DNA of 64,000 nt from a virus. Its lineage: Duplodnaviria; Caudoviricetes. The notes beneath the pieces are model-generated. The model worked only from the letters and a program-made list of their open reading frames with translations, had not been told where the DNA came from and ran no database searches. Shown here piece by piece: positions 8,762 to 18,413 of the stretch (its first letter is position 1; each line of letters opens with the position of its first letter). The stretch lies in IMG/VR virus record IMGVR_UViG_3300005259_000074, positions 64,001-128,000 of that record. One strand, given 5' to 3'. The translations under genes and the position numbers were made by a program.

Positions 8762-8997
8762 TGATCTTGAAGAACATGTGTCAAACGTATTTCAACGATG
8801 GAGTGGGAATGCTAGGCGGAATTTGTCCGCTCAAGGTGAATGATACTGGGTGTGTTCATTTCATAGCGTTCGTCGACGTTAATAAGAACATCTATTGCAT
8901 GCACTTAGGAGTCGCTGGCAACTGCTACTGCTCTAAAGCGATCAGAGAGAACACCACTCCTGACATGAGAACACTCCAAATTCTAGAGGAAATGTGA
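8761..8997 (+). CDS. Cys-rich miniprotein, C-tail family
   Basis: NMC..CVHF..CYC, ends ILEEM. Confidence 0.85.
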   Translation: MILKNMCQTYFNDGVGMLGGICPLKVNDTGCVHFIAFVDVNKNIYCMHLGVAGNCYCSKAIRENTTPDMRTLQILEEM

Positions 8998-9218
8998 TGG
9001 AAAACTGCTGCGTCCCTAATAGAGACGGAACATTCAAGTGCACTGCGTACGCTCCCATATCAGGCAACCACTGCAGGGTGTGCAAGTACTACGAGTCATG
9101 GTACTTGATGTACTTCGGAGAGTGTAAACACCTCTGGAGGACTAACGCAGGATCGCTCACTCGCTGCGAGTGCACTAACGAGTGGGCGCGCATCGGAGAG
9201 GCAATGGAGGAGATATGA
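8994..9218 (+). CDS. Cys-rich miniprotein, C-tail family
   Basis: NCC..CKYY..CEC, ends AMEEI. Confidence 0.85.
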   Translation: MMENCCVPNRDGTFKCTAYAPISGNHCRVCKYYESWYLMYFGECKHLWRTNAGSLTRCECTNEWARIGEAMEEI

Positions 9219-9709
9219 GCATTCCCAAATCGACGCTGCGCATCGACGTATACGACACGCACAGACGGGTCCCGGTTGAACTGATCGATCCCATGTGCGA
9301 GCAGATGGTGCAACTAGAAGAAGAGGGTATGCTGTTGACCAACAAGTTGGGCATCACGCCCGGGCGTCTATTCTCCGCTGAGTCGTTCAGGAGTGATGAA
9401 TTTGGTCTGACTGCTCCCGAAGATTCGGTGTTCTTCGCGCTGATGGACGATCGCGTGCTGGCGGGATACTCTCTGTACAGGCACAACGCAGGCAGGTTGA
9501 GGATAAGTGCGCTGTACGTCGTCCTAGAGTACCGGGGACGAGGGAACGGCCGCAGATTGCTAGAGTGCGTGTTGGCCCACATCGAGGAACACTATCCGTG
9601 TTCCAGCGTGGAGATCGGAGTCATCGCTAACAACACCCGAGCTCTGAAGTTGTACGAAGACTTAGGTTTCACAGTCCCGACTCACTACACGTTCATGAGA
9701 TCGAAATGA
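9215..9709 (+). CDS. GNAT-family acetyltransferase
   Basis: LYVVLEYRGRGNGRRLL acetyl-CoA motif A and NTRALKLYEDLGF motif B; start moved to ATGA overlap. Confidence 0.88.
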   Translation: MSIPKSTLRIDVYDTHRRVPVELIDPMCEQMVQLEEEGMLLTNKLGITPGRLFSAESFRSDEFGLTAPEDSVFFALMDDRVLAGYSLYRHNAGRLRISALYVVLEYRGRGNGRRLLECVLAHIEEHYPCSSVEIGVIANNTRALKLYEDLGFTVPTHYTFMRSK

Positions 9710-9942
9710 ACTGCTGCCGCATACTCAGAGCGATAGAACCGTGCGAAGAGTACCCTCGTGGGGAGATTGAGACGTCCTGTGGTGCCGAAGATGATTTCAG
9801 GTCGTGTGAGCACGCCTTTCTAGCTGAAAATGATAGGTGCATGCACTGGTGTTTAGGGTACGACAGCTGTCGGTGTCATCAAGCTATCATAGATAATCTG
9901 CCAAGAGACATCAAAATTTGGTTGAAATTAAACGACATATGA
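9706..9942 (+). CDS. Cys-rich miniprotein, C-tail family
   Basis: MNCC..CRC, ends KLNDI. Confidence 0.85.
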   Translation: MNCCRILRAIEPCEEYPRGEIETSCGAEDDFRSCEHAFLAENDRCMHWCLGYDSCRCHQAIIDNLPRDIKIWLKLNDI

Positions 9943-10196
9943 AAACTAACGAATGTTTATATGTTATATTCTTAAACGGAAGAGGCGGGTATTGGTGCAA
10001 TGCAGCTCTCGCGCATAGCGCCGTCAGCAAAGAAGTGACTTTCAACGGTTGGATAGAGCGAATGAACCACTGCGAGGGTTTCTCACTAGAAGAGGGAAAC
10101 ACTTTCTGCAAGTACTTCAAGGAGAAGGAGACGACGTGCACTCACCGAAGATTGAGAAAAGAAGCTCGCCTCCTTTACAAATTAGAAGAACTGTGA
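9939..10196 (+). CDS. Cys-rich miniprotein, C-tail family
   Basis: start moved to MKTNEC; ends KLEEL. Confidence 0.85.
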   Translation: MKTNECLYVIFLNGRGGYWCNAALAHSAVSKEVTFNGWIERMNHCEGFSLEEGNTFCKYFKEKETTCTHRRLRKEARLLYKLEEL

Positions 10197-10315
10197 CGAG
10201 AGAGGAAGAGATCATCGATGAATGTATGATGACTTTGCTAAAAGAAGCTTTCGCAAAGGCGATAGATGAAATTACAAGTGATATGGAAGCAGATGATAGA
10301 CTAGAAAAGTTATGA
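10193..10315 (+). CDS. 40-aa acidic peptide with family tail
   Basis: GTGA overlap; ends RLEKL. Confidence 0.6.
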   Translation: MTREEEIIDECMMTLLKEAFAKAIDEITSDMEADDRLEKL

Positions 10316-10319
10316 CGAC

Positions 10320-10598
10320 TCACTTGACAGTGATGATTGACTCTACTGAGTTCTCTTTATAGGATTTGACTACTTCGACACCCGCTGCTCTAAGAGCTTT
10401 CTCAGCACTCTGGGCCTGTTTGGTGAGCACGTATAGGTCTAGCGTGTCATCATCTTCATTGGGAAGAGGACGACGAGTGAGGTATCTCTTGATGACTTCT
10501 TCGGGTGTTCTGTTCTGCTTGTTTTCTATCAGAGCAGTCTCAGCGATGGCAGCCATGATAGACTCGACCATCTTCTTATTCACCAGATCTTGGCTCAT
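10320..10598 (-). CDS. Hypothetical late protein, possible internal head protein
   Basis: ATGA overlap with 10595..10966; I-A-E and L-I-E candidate cleavage sites. Confidence 0.7.
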   Translation of the reverse strand: MSQDLVNKKMVESIMAAIAETALIENKQNRTPEEVIKRYLTRRPLPNEDDDTLDLYVLTKQAQSAEKALRAAGVEVVKSYKENSVESIITVK

Positions 10599-10966
10599 TT
10601 CCACTTCCTAGCTATTGTTCTTCCAGCGCTATCTTTAGTCTGCAGTATCCTGTTGGCTCTAGCATCAGACGCAGATGTTCTAGCGCTCCCATAGTTGGTC
10701 TTATAATGTTCTTTCAACCACTTGATCAAGAACATCGTAGGACCGTCTTTAAAAGTAGGAAATGCTGCTTTGACTTCGTCTTCCAATTTCACTCCTCTAG
10801 ACTTGCTGTCGACAATCAACTGCACAGCGCCTCTAATGTCGTCATCAGAAGGAAGTGAAGTTGCGATCGCGCTGAACTTGTCTTTCACCGCTTTGACAGC
10901 CTCTTCTTTCGCGTGAGGCACATCCATGCCGATGATAGCCTCATACAACTCTTGAAACTTACTCAT
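10595..10966 (-). CDS. Hypothetical late protein with MSKFQELYE N-terminus
   Basis: N-terminus shared with 35441, 53516, 54382. Confidence 0.8.
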   Translation of the reverse strand: MSKFQELYEAIIGMDVPHAKEEAVKAVKDKFSAIATSLPSDDDIRGAVQLIVDSKSRGVKLEDEVKAAFPTFKDGPTMFLIKWLKEHYKTNYGSARTSASDARANRILQTKDSAGRTIARKWK

Positions 10967-11199
10967 TTTTTAGGTCCATTTTTAATTAAGATGCTTTCTA
11001 TGTGTTTGAGTAATTCAGCGCGCTCAGCTTCTTCGACGTTTGGACGGGCGTCAAAGCTCCACTTCTTCCAGAAATCAGCGAGCTGCTTCTCGATCCTGAC
11101 GAATTCCGGGTCTGTCACTGGAGTCAGCTTCTTAGGCGAGTTCTGTTGGTGAAATGAACTCTCACTCAAGAGCTTCGCATATGCTGCTTTGATCCTCAT
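10963..11199 (-). CDS. Hypothetical late protein
   Basis: coupled ORF; LLSE candidate cleavage site. Confidence 0.75.
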   Translation of the reverse strand: MRIKAAYAKLLSESSFHQQNSPKKLTPVTDPEFVRIEKQLADFWKKWSFDARPNVEEAERAELLKHIESILIKNGPKK

Positions 11200-11432
11200 T
11201 TTTTTGCTGACTCACAAGCTTTCCACCCAGCTCTAAACGCATTCTTGAACATTTGAATTTCTTCATCAGCATACGCGTCTTTGAATTTCTTCAAGTATTT
11301 TTCGAGTGCAGCTGTATCGACTGCTTCAGCAATGATTTCACCTTTGGGTTCAACTGGATCTTTGACCTCTAGCATCGCCTTGAGGACGCCTCTGTCCCCC
11401 GAGTAGTTGTTGCCTGCTATAACTGTCCTCAT
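11196..11432 (-). CDS. Hypothetical late protein
   Basis: first gene behind TAAATA at 11537; IIAE candidate cleavage site. Confidence 0.75.
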   Translation of the reverse strand: MRTVIAGNNYSGDRGVLKAMLEVKDPVEPKGEIIAEAVDTAALEKYLKKFKDAYADEEIQMFKNAFRAGWKACESAKK

Positions 11433-11536
11433 GATATCGTTTCCTTCACGTTTTTTCGTGTTTAAATTTTCCGCGAACTAAATAAGATGATCATCTTATT
11501 TCAGAATTCCACCGTGGATTTCTTCACGTTCCTGTC

Positions 11537-11569
11537 TATTTACACATTTCTCGCATCTAATGATAAATA
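11537..11569. promoter_or_regulatory. Back-to-back T4-type late promoters (TAAATA)
   Basis: TAAATA on - at 11537-11542 and on + at 11564-11569, facing divergent late genes. Confidence 0.65.
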
Positions 11570-11643
11570 ACTTCAGTACGCGAGAGGCGATTCGGACCCC
11601 TCGCTTTTCTATACACCGATCTCTAAACAAGTGAGGATCAAAA

Positions 11644-13794
11644 ATGGCATCTGTAAGCACACTTGGGGCACCCGGCGTCGCTATCAGGGAGATAGACCTC
11701 TCGCAGGTCGCTCCGGCGATACAGGGGACATACTGCCTCGTTCCGGGTTTCACCGACCAGGGTCAAGAATTAGAACCCCTGGTGATCAACACGACCGACG
11801 ACTACACCGCCACATATGGTGAGCCAACTAACGAAGCCGAACGCTACCACTACTACGCTTCGCAGTCAGTCCTCTCCAACGGCGGCACGCTGATCGTCGC
11901 GAAGCTTCCCTACAACAACGTCATCAGCAAGAACTACAAGTTCGTCGGGCTGAACGTGGACACTGGGACTGCTATCACCACTGCCGCTCCGGCGTATCTT
12001 CGTCCTTTGACAGGCTCTACCTACGGTTTCACGAAGTATGCGGCGATAACAGCGTCTTCTGCGACTAACATGGCGACCAGCGGTTACGACCAGATCGTCG
12101 CTGGTGGAGACTTCCCGACTGTCGCTTCGTCTTACGACTTCGTGGTGATCGACGACTCCAAGTCGAGGATCAGTGGTCCCGCTTCTAACGAAGGCATATT
12201 CGTAGCGATCGTAGATCCTTACGACGCGATGAACGTCCAACGTGCTCTCCCGAGTCCGTCCGACGATGACGTCATGGACTGCATAGAGGGTATCAGCTAT
12301 CCAGCTGGAATAGCTCTCAGCGCTTTCATGACTCCCCTCACAGGAGAGTACAAAGGATCTTCTCTCTCAGAAGATGTCGCGAGACAGTTCCCAACTATCG
12401 TTTACGAGACAGGCGGCAACAAGCTCAATCCAGAGTACAGCCAGTACCTCGGACTCGTAGTCTGCAGGATATTCACCGACTCCAACTCTCAAGGCTTGCT
12501 CAATGCTAGCATCTTGGAGGCGTTCGTCGGCAGCATTCACAAAGGCAAGAGGGACTCTATCACCGGTCAGTCTGTCTACTTAGGCGACTTGGTCAACGCT
12601 GGCTCTAAGTACATCAAGTTCTACAGGAACGAGACGCTCGCATCTCTCTTCCCAGTGGACTCAGACACAACTGTGATAGATAAGTCTAGCTCAACTTATC
12701 CGCTCCTCGGGTTCACCGACGCAGAGAGTGTGAAGCTCGTCCAGGGCACACAGGTCGTGACTAACCTCAACCTCGCTTTCGCCAAGATCAGCAACCTCGA
12801 CGAGATGCAGGTCGACGTAGTAGTCGACGCCGGCGTGTCTACTATCGCTCAGTTCTGCGACGACACGACTTCCGGCTCGCTGTTCGACCCGGTGCTGGAC
12901 GCAGACTCCGGCGACGTCCCTCCGATCACCTCTTCTACGGCGATCGCGACTTGGTGGAGTGTCGTGACTGCGATGGAGCAGTTCTGCAGCAAGACCCGCA
13001 AGGACTGCATGGCGATCGTAGACGTCCCGAGGAACTTAGTCCTCCAGGGGAACTCGAAGCTCATCAGGAAGACTGCGCCTAACAACACGTTCGGCAACAC
13101 CATCGCACCGTGTCTGAGGTTCGTCACGGGTCTGAACAGCTCGTACGCAGCGATGTACTCCGACTGGTTCTACGCACTCGACACCTACTCCGGCACGCAG
13201 TTCTGGATGCCCCAGACTTGCAAGGTCGGTGGAGTGTACTGCTTCAACGACTCGGTCGGGAACATCTGGGACGCGCCAGCAGGTCTCAACCGCGGCGTCG
13301 TATCGGGAGTCGTGGACCTGGCTTTCAACCCAGGACAGAATACCGACGACGTGCAGCTCTACAGCAAGAGCATCAACTACGCAAGGAAGTACCAGCTAGA
13401 TGGGTTCATCGTAGAGGGCCAGAAGACAACGCAGGCAAAGAACAGCGCATTCGACAGGGTCAACGTGCGCAGGCTCTTCCTCAGGTTGGAGAGGCTCACG
13501 AGAGCTGTCGCCCGTTATTTCGTATATGAACCCAATAACTTGTTCACTCGCCGTCGGTTGGTAGACACACTCAAGCCAACGTTCAACGCGTTTAAGGCTG
13601 CTGGCGGTCTGTACGACTACCAAATCCTGTGTTCTGAAAAAAATAACACGGCAGAAGTTATTGACCGTAACGAGATGAAAGTGGCAGTTCTCCTCAAGCC
13701 AGTTCGCACCGCGGAAATGATTGAGGTAGATTTTGTAGCAACACGCACGGACGCTAACTTCGAGGAGATCATCCAGCAGGTGACAGCCGTCTGA
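11644..13794 (+). CDS. Tail sheath protein (T4 gp18-like)
   Basis: PGVAIREIDLS N-terminus, WDAPAGLNRG, FDRVNVRRLFL, KPVRTAEMI..FVATRT. Confidence 0.96.
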   Translation: MASVSTLGAPGVAIREIDLSQVAPAIQGTYCLVPGFTDQGQELEPLVINTTDDYTATYGEPTNEAERYHYYASQSVLSNGGTLIVAKLPYNNVISKNYKFVGLNVDTGTAITTAAPAYLRPLTGSTYGFTKYAAITASSATNMATSGYDQIVAGGDFPTVASSYDFVVIDDSKSRISGPASNEGIFVAIVDPYDAMNVQRALPSPSDDDVMDCIEGISYPAGIALSAFMTPLTGEYKGSSLSEDVARQFPTIVYETGGNKLNPEYSQYLGLVVCRIFTDSNSQGLLNASILEAFVGSIHKGKRDSITGQSVYLGDLVNAGSKYIKFYRNETLASLFPVDSDTTVIDKSSSTYPLLGFTDAESVKLVQGTQVVTNLNLAFAKISNLDEMQVDVVVDAGVSTIAQFCDDTTSGSLFDPVLDADSGDVPPITSSTAIATWWSVVTAMEQFCSKTRKDCMAIVDVPRNLVLQGNSKLIRKTAPNNTFGNTIAPCLRFVTGLNSSYAAMYSDWFYALDTYSGTQFWMPQTCKVGGVYCFNDSVGNIWDAPAGLNRGVVSGVVDLAFNPGQNTDDVQLYSKSINYARKYQLDGFIVEGQKTTQAKNSAFDRVNVRRLFLRLERLTRAVARYFVYEPNNLFTRRRLVDTLKPTFNAFKAAGGLYDYQILCSEKNNTAEVIDRNEMKVAVLLKPVRTAEMIEVDFVATRTDANFEEIIQQVTAV

Positions 13795-13812
13795 CTAGGC
13801 TGAAAGTTCACC

Positions 13813-13847
13813 GAGAGGGAGTGGAGAAATTCACTCCCTCTCTTTTT
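13813..13847 (+). terminator. Rho-independent terminator after the sheath gene
   Basis: 11-bp stem GAGAGGGAGTG/CACTCCCTCTC followed by a T-run. Confidence 0.85.
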
Positions 13848-14049
13848 GTATGTTTCTTTTGAGTCTAAAAAGCGATTCTTAAAACCTTCGTCAAAGTGTT
13901 TATTGGACGAAGACAACTTCTCCACCGCGCCCGTCGCCCATGATCTCATGTTTCTTCTGGTACGACGGCAACTGCCAATGAGACTTGTGACCGAGTGCTG
14001 GCATCTTTTCAGGACCCCTGGCGAGCAATTCCTTGCCGGTGTTTCTATA

Positions 14050-14283
14050 TTACAGTGAATCTAAGCTGTATTCTATCGCAGCTTCCGCGATAGCATCTTC
14101 GCACTTGCATATGCGAAGCGAGAACTCTCGGAAATGACAGTGAGTTACTTTCCTCGCGAGGAAGATGCGCTCTTCCATCTTTTTGTAGAAGACGCATTCT
14201 TTTTCGCGGCTAGTATCACAGACGAAGATGTGATCTGGAGCGTGTGCCACGCTGTCCTCTCTAGAGCACATGTTAGTCTTCAT
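14050..14283 (-). CDS. Cys-rich miniprotein, C-tail family
   Basis: start moved to MKTNMC; ends SLDSL-TAA with no coupled downstream gene. Confidence 0.85.
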   Translation of the reverse strand: MKTNMCSREDSVAHAPDHIFVCDTSREKECVFYKKMEERIFLARKVTHCHFREFSLRICKCEDAIAEAAIEYSLDSL

Positions 14284-14501
14284 ATATTCTCCAGGGTTAA
14301 AACACACAACGCATCTGTCCTAGCGTCTTCACTTTCACAAGCGTAAATGAATTGCATGTTTTTGCACCACCAACTAGACGAACTGTCTTCTGGTTTTTCG
14401 TAGTACTTACATCTTTTCACGCTCGACATGCTGCAGTCGCATAAGAAACTCCTCTGACCACCGCGATCGTCGATGCGACAATAGTTCTCTTTAGTCTTCA
14501 T
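14280..14501 (-). CDS. Cys-rich miniprotein, C-tail family
   Basis: NYC..CKYY, ends TLENI. Confidence 0.85.
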   Translation of the reverse strand: MKTKENYCRIDDRGGQRSFLCDCSMSSVKRCKYYEKPEDSSSSWWCKNMQFIYACESEDARTDALCVLTLENI

Positions 14502-14782
14502 AGTTCTTCAATCTTTCTCAGCGCCCAGTACTCGTCTCTCATCGCTTCTTCTATAGTGAAGTTCATGCACCTCCGGAATTTTCCTTGGTACTTGTGGTGT
14601 ATGCACCAACCGCTCTTGTCATTTTCTCTGAAAGCGCAGTCTTCGATATCCATTGGACTCTCACAACCCAATGTGATGTACACCTTTTCATTCTGAGTGA
14701 CATCCCATGTAAAAGCGCTGACGCTTATGTTAGTCTTATTACCCAAGCAAGACGTAGTCTTCCACTGTTCGGTGTCTTTCAC
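14498..14782 (-). CDS. Cys-rich miniprotein, C-tail family
   Basis: ends KIEEL. Confidence 0.85.
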   Translation of the reverse strand: MKDTEQWKTTSCLGNKTNISVSAFTWDVTQNEKVYITLGCESPMDIEDCAFRENDKSGWCIHHKYQGKFRRCMNFTIEEAMRDEYWALRKIEEL

Positions 14783-15000
14783 AACAATTCCAATCTGTAC
14801 TGCAGTTCGGCTTCTGGATACATTTCCTCATTCCCACAACGCATCCAACGATCGTCGACTCCGTAGAATATACACCGTCTCATTCCATCTTCAAGATCTT
14901 CAATGTATCCAATGCAATGCTCTTGGTCTTTGGGCGTATCATATGCTGCGCACTCTTTGTTGCCATATTTGTCAATACAGCATAGATTTTTCTTCTTCAT
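14779..15000 (-). CDS. Cys-rich miniprotein, C-tail family
   Basis: NLCC.., ends RLELL. Confidence 0.85.
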   Translation of the reverse strand: MKKKNLCCIDKYGNKECAAYDTPKDQEHCIGYIEDLEDGMRRCIFYGVDDRWMRCGNEEMYPEAELQYRLELL

Positions 15001-15245
15001 ATGTCTTCTAACTTCATCTCAGCGATTTTCATTGGAAGCCACACGCTGATTATAGTCGGATGATGACATATTTCTTCATATCTTACACACATATCACAGT
15101 GCCCTCCGTCTAACCGCTTCATCGCCCCGTACTGGCACAGGTGATTCTGCTCGCCGCTACTGCATATAGCCCGGTCTTCATCGAAGAGCACTGTGAAGAA
15201 GTTCTCGATGTCTCTCATGATGTCGTCATCGGTCACATCTTTCAC
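14997..15245 (-). CDS. Cys-rich miniprotein, C-tail family
   Basis: ends KLEDI. Confidence 0.85.
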   Translation of the reverse strand: MKDVTDDDIMRDIENFFTVLFDEDRAICSSGEQNHLCQYGAMKRLDGGHCDMCVRYEEICHHPTIISVWLPMKIAEMKLEDI

Positions 15246-15457
15246 AGCTGTTCTAACCTCAAGTCCACTGAAGCGTCGGCTATAGCTGCTTCACAGTGAC
15301 ACTCTCTCAATCCATTCTCCCTGAACTTACACGAACGATGATGCACAGTGATCTTTTCGTAGAACACACAGTAATCCTCGTTCCCGATGTCACACGCGAA
15401 GAAACCATCAGAAGGATCTAACCAGAATACCTCCCAAAAGCACATGTTTCTTTTCAC
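15242..15457 (-). CDS. Cys-rich miniprotein, C-tail family
   Basis: NMC..CVFY..CHC, ends RLEQL. Confidence 0.85.
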   Translation of the reverse strand: MKRNMCFWEVFWLDPSDGFFACDIGNEDYCVFYEKITVHHRSCKFRENGLRECHCEAAIADASVDLRLEQL

Positions 15458-15666
15458 AGTTCTTCTATCTTCTTTCTGACGTCCTCTTCCAGATGAACGT
15501 CGATGCTTCTACAATATCCACCTTCCCTGTGCACACAGCTAAGTCTGTTGAAGAACAGCCCTCTTACGTAGAACTCGCACTTCAGCTCATCTTCCTCTTC
15601 TGTTGCACTGCACCAGTAGAGGTATTTCCCGAAGAACGGCTGCAACGAGCGAAAGCAGTTGTTCAC
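15454..15666 (-). CDS. Cys-rich miniprotein, C-tail family
   Basis: GTG start via GTGA overlap; ends KIEEL. Confidence 0.85.
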   Translation of the reverse strand: MNNCFRSLQPFFGKYLYWCSATEEEDELKCEFYVRGLFFNRLSCVHREGGYCRSIDVHLEEDVRKKIEEL

Positions 15667-15893
15667 AGAGACCTCATTTTGGCGTCTACTATCGCATCTC
15701 TGTTCTTGCACAGCGATTCTACAACAAGCACACTGAGGATCATGGATATGTGTAAGTGAATGCATCCAAATGCTTTATCATCATCTCCTTCAAAATATTG
15801 ACAAGGTGGTGTCGTCTTAGAAGTATATGTACACCTATAGAACTCCTCTCCAGTCTTATCTATTGTCCATATCTCGCACATGTTGTCTCTCAT
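15663..15893 (-). CDS. Cys-rich miniprotein, C-tail family
   Basis: start moved to MRDNMC; ends KMRSL (variant). Confidence 0.82.
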   Translation of the reverse strand: MRDNMCEIWTIDKTGEEFYRCTYTSKTTPPCQYFEGDDDKAFGCIHLHISMILSVLVVESLCKNRDAIVDAKMRSL

Positions 15894-16129
15894 ATGTTGT
15901 CTAACGCTGATTCGGCTAGTGCGACCGAGTTGGTGCACTCTTGTCCTTGTCCGCGTGACTTCACATATATGCATCCATTCCAACACGATTCCCATGTATG
16001 AGGATCAGCTTCCGGAGCACACTTGAAGTGTATGCAAAGATTAATGCACATATTAGTCTTTGCATTAGTAACTATCTGTCTAAGGCACTTTCCCCCGACG
16101 ACGCAGTTGTTCTTCAAGTAAACTCTCAT
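15890..16129 (-). CDS. Cys-rich miniprotein, C-tail family
   Basis: ends ALDNI. Confidence 0.85.
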   Translation of the reverse strand: MRVYLKNNCVVGGKCLRQIVTNAKTNMCINLCIHFKCAPEADPHTWESCWNGCIYVKSRGQGQECTNSVALAESALDNI

Positions 16130-16323
16130 AGTTCCTCGATCTTTCGCTCTATCACTGCATCTTTACTCTTACATCGCCCCCAGCGACGCCAATGAGCGCA
16201 ACACGCGTCTTCTTTTCCGCACTCGTAATAATGGCACAGCAGCATCTCGTACACTGTTGAAGTATCACAGAAGTACTTTTTGTTTCGCTCTATACACAAG
16301 TTCTTCTTCTCAAGGTCTTTCAT
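16126..16323 (-). CDS. Cys-rich miniprotein, C-tail family
   Basis: NLC..CHYY, ends KIEEL. Confidence 0.85.
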   Translation of the reverse strand: MKDLEKKNLCIERNKKYFCDTSTVYEMLLCHYYECGKEDACCAHWRRWGRCKSKDAVIERKIEEL

Positions 16324-16535
16324 ATGCTGTCTAACTTAAAAATACTCTGTGATTCTCTCCACGCTTCTTCATTAGCGCACCAGAAAGAAAATTTAAAACG
16401 CTTATTGTGACCGCATAGGTAGGTAGTCTGGTACTTGCATCGCATGCCAGTGTAGCTGTAATTCATCCGCACGAAGAACTTACACTGACTGCTAGTACAT
16501 ACTCTATCCGCAGAGCACCTGTTATTCTTAGTCAT
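16320..16535 (-). CDS. Cys-rich miniprotein, C-tail family
   Basis: CKFF.., ends KLDSI. Confidence 0.85.
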   Translation of the reverse strand: MTKNNRCSADRVCTSSQCKFFVRMNYSYTGMRCKYQTTYLCGHNKRFKFSFWCANEEAWRESQSIFKLDSI

Positions 16536-16542
16536 GATACTT

Positions 16543-16791
16543 TTAGATGTCCTCCATCTTCGCCGCCGTGAGTGCTTCGGAGTTCCAGCACTTGTTCACG
16601 TCAAATTCTCCTTCTTTCTCGTGGTGGGCGCAGGCTGGCGTGATGTCTCTGAGGTTTATGCTATGCTTGTAGAATGTGCAGAAGCGTTCGAAAGATGAAT
16701 TGATGGTCATACAAGCACCGTCTACGTGGCAGCAGTTCAATTTCTCGTCGAGTGCGTTTAGATCTTTTGTAAAAGAGATGAGTGGAATCAT
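16543..16791 (-). CDS. Cys-rich miniprotein, C-tail family
   Basis: NCC..CTFY, ends KMEDI-TAA without overlap. Confidence 0.85.
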   Translation of the reverse strand: MIPLISFTKDLNALDEKLNCCHVDGACMTINSSFERFCTFYKHSINLRDITPACAHHEKEGEFDVNKCWNSEALTAAKMEDI

Positions 16792-17024
16792 AGTTCCTCT
16801 ATCTTAGTGTCGAGGAGTGCTTCACTGCACGTGCAGTGAGGTATAGACACGCTGTTGGGATCTCTGATCATCGTCCTCCAACGGCACTGGTTGTCAGCTG
16901 ACTCTCCAAAATAAAAACAAGTGCTGTACATATGACCGGGTGAAAGACACCACCCTTCAGGTGTGCAGAAGTTGAATCCACTGGTCCTCCGCAGTTCTGC
17001 TACGAATTCGTCTACGTCTGTCAT
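16788..17024 (-). CDS. Cys-rich miniprotein, C-tail family
   Basis: NFC..CFYF..CTC, ends KIEEL. Confidence 0.85.
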   Translation of the reverse strand: MTDVDEFVAELRRTSGFNFCTPEGWCLSPGHMYSTCFYFGESADNQCRWRTMIRDPNSVSIPHCTCSEALLDTKIEEL

Positions 17025-17233
17025 AGTAGTTCCATCTCGATAGATAAGATAGCGTCTTTGTCGCTGCAGGCGTATACGTCCGATGAGACGCTGTCATCTG
17101 CGATGCGATGTCCCAAGCACATCAACAGCTCTTTGTCTAACTTAAAGAAAGGGCACTTATCCTCATCTTCGAAGCCGTTAGCAGTGCACTGGTAGTCCCC
17201 ATTATCAGACCTAGCTATCACGTCACTCGTCAT
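17021..17233 (-). CDS. Cys-rich miniprotein, C-tail family
   Basis: start moved to MTSDV; CPFF; ends EMELL. Confidence 0.8.
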   Translation of the reverse strand: MTSDVIARSDNGDYQCTANGFEDEDKCPFFKLDKELLMCLGHRIADDSVSSDVYACSDKDAILSIEMELL

Positions 17234-17729
17234 CTTGTATGTAGGTGAACTGCCTCCCCGGTCCAGACGATCGCATGTCAGCTTCTGCTCCTCCATCTTC
17301 GTCGCTGAACGTCATGTAGTACACGTCATTACCAATGAACTTCTTCGAGATCTCTCTCGATATGATGTTGTACCCCAGGCACATGATGAGGGCCTTCTCT
17401 TCGTCGGTGTCGTACGTGTCATCGACGTCTATGATCTTTGAGATAGTGTCATGTTCTTTGTTGATGACATCGCGCAGCAATTTATCGATGTCATTGTGTG
17501 ATCTCCTAGACAGAGTAGTTGCATTGTCGTTGTACTTGACTCTCGACACCAGCGCATGCGCGACTCCGATAGCGCTAGCCGAGACATTCGCGAGTTCTTG
17601 GTCGATCACAGGGCGCTCGTCTTCACTGCACTGGTCCAGCAGTTTATTGCGTTCTTTTGGGTCTTTCGGAATGACCACTATGAACGAGGAAGAACTGCTG
17701 TTCGAGACGAATCCATTTCGAATCTTCAT
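17223..17729 (-). CDS. NSSSSS-leader family protein
   Basis: MKIRNGFVSNSSSSSFIVV N-terminus. Confidence 0.88.
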   Translation of the reverse strand: MKIRNGFVSNSSSSSFIVVIPKDPKERNKLLDQCSEDERPVIDQELANVSASAIGVAHALVSRVKYNDNATTLSRRSHNDIDKLLRDVINKEHDTISKIIDVDDTYDTDEEKALIMCLGYNIISREISKKFIGNDVYYMTFSDEDGGAEADMRSSGPGRQFTYIQDDE

Positions 17730-17950
17730 ATGTCTTCTATCCTCTTTGTCAAGTTGAATTCTTTCAATAGAGTGTCGAGCAGATCCTCACTAGCGCAGTA
17801 CTTCTTGCGTTTCAACGTGAAAGAGTCTTCGCACGCCTTCTTGTTCCCTTTCCAGAACTCACACTTACCTTTGTCAGTCGCGAGACACTCAGCTGGATTG
17901 TTCACAGCATCCCACTTGTCCTTCGCGTCAGTCTTTGCTGCGTGTTTCAT
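17726..17950 (-). CDS. Cys-containing miniprotein, C-tail family
   Basis: CEFW..C..C, ends RIEDI. Confidence 0.82.
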   Translation of the reverse strand: MKHAAKTDAKDKWDAVNNPAECLATDKGKCEFWKGNKKACEDSFTLKRKKYCASEDLLDTLLKEFNLTKRIEDI

Positions 17951-18255
17951 CAGACATCCTCTAACTTGAGATTAATTGCAGCCTCTCTGCTGGTGCAGAC
18001 TACTATGTCTACCGTACCGCTAGAACCGCTGATCATCCTACTACCGTGCCACAGCTGAGACCAGCGACATGCCGTAGAGAACCTCCACTTATCCGAAGTG
18101 ACGATAGTCGAATGCGTCTTCTTGTAGAAAGAGCACTTGGTCATCTGCTCGTAGTTCTTACAGCTGCACCACCAGCGGTCAGCCATCCACTTCGTGTTAG
18201 CAGACGTTCTAGACCCATCGTACTTCTTACAGAAAGAACTCTTGTCTCTCGGCAT
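17950..18255 (-). CDS. Cys-rich miniprotein, C-tail family
   Basis: CSFY.., ends KLEDV; AGGAG SD. Confidence 0.85.
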   Translation of the reverse strand: MPRDKSSFCKKYDGSRTSANTKWMADRWWCSCKNYEQMTKCSFYKKTHSTIVTSDKWRFSTACRWSQLWHGSRMISGSSGTVDIVVCTSREAAINLKLEDV

Positions 18256-18413
18256 CGGAACTCCTGACTTCTGAAATTTTTCTATCTATACCTCGAGATG
18301 GCGAGGCGCTATACCTTATTATAAAGGGAATTGGACGCGTCACTGTATCATAATTCCACGTAAGTCATTGGTACTGAGTGAATTAAAAGAAAATGTGAAA
18401 AATATGCCAGCAT

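Noticed and set aside
11496-11753. 85-aa - strand ORF
   Set aside because: Overlaps the sheath start and spans the late-promoter island; no motif.
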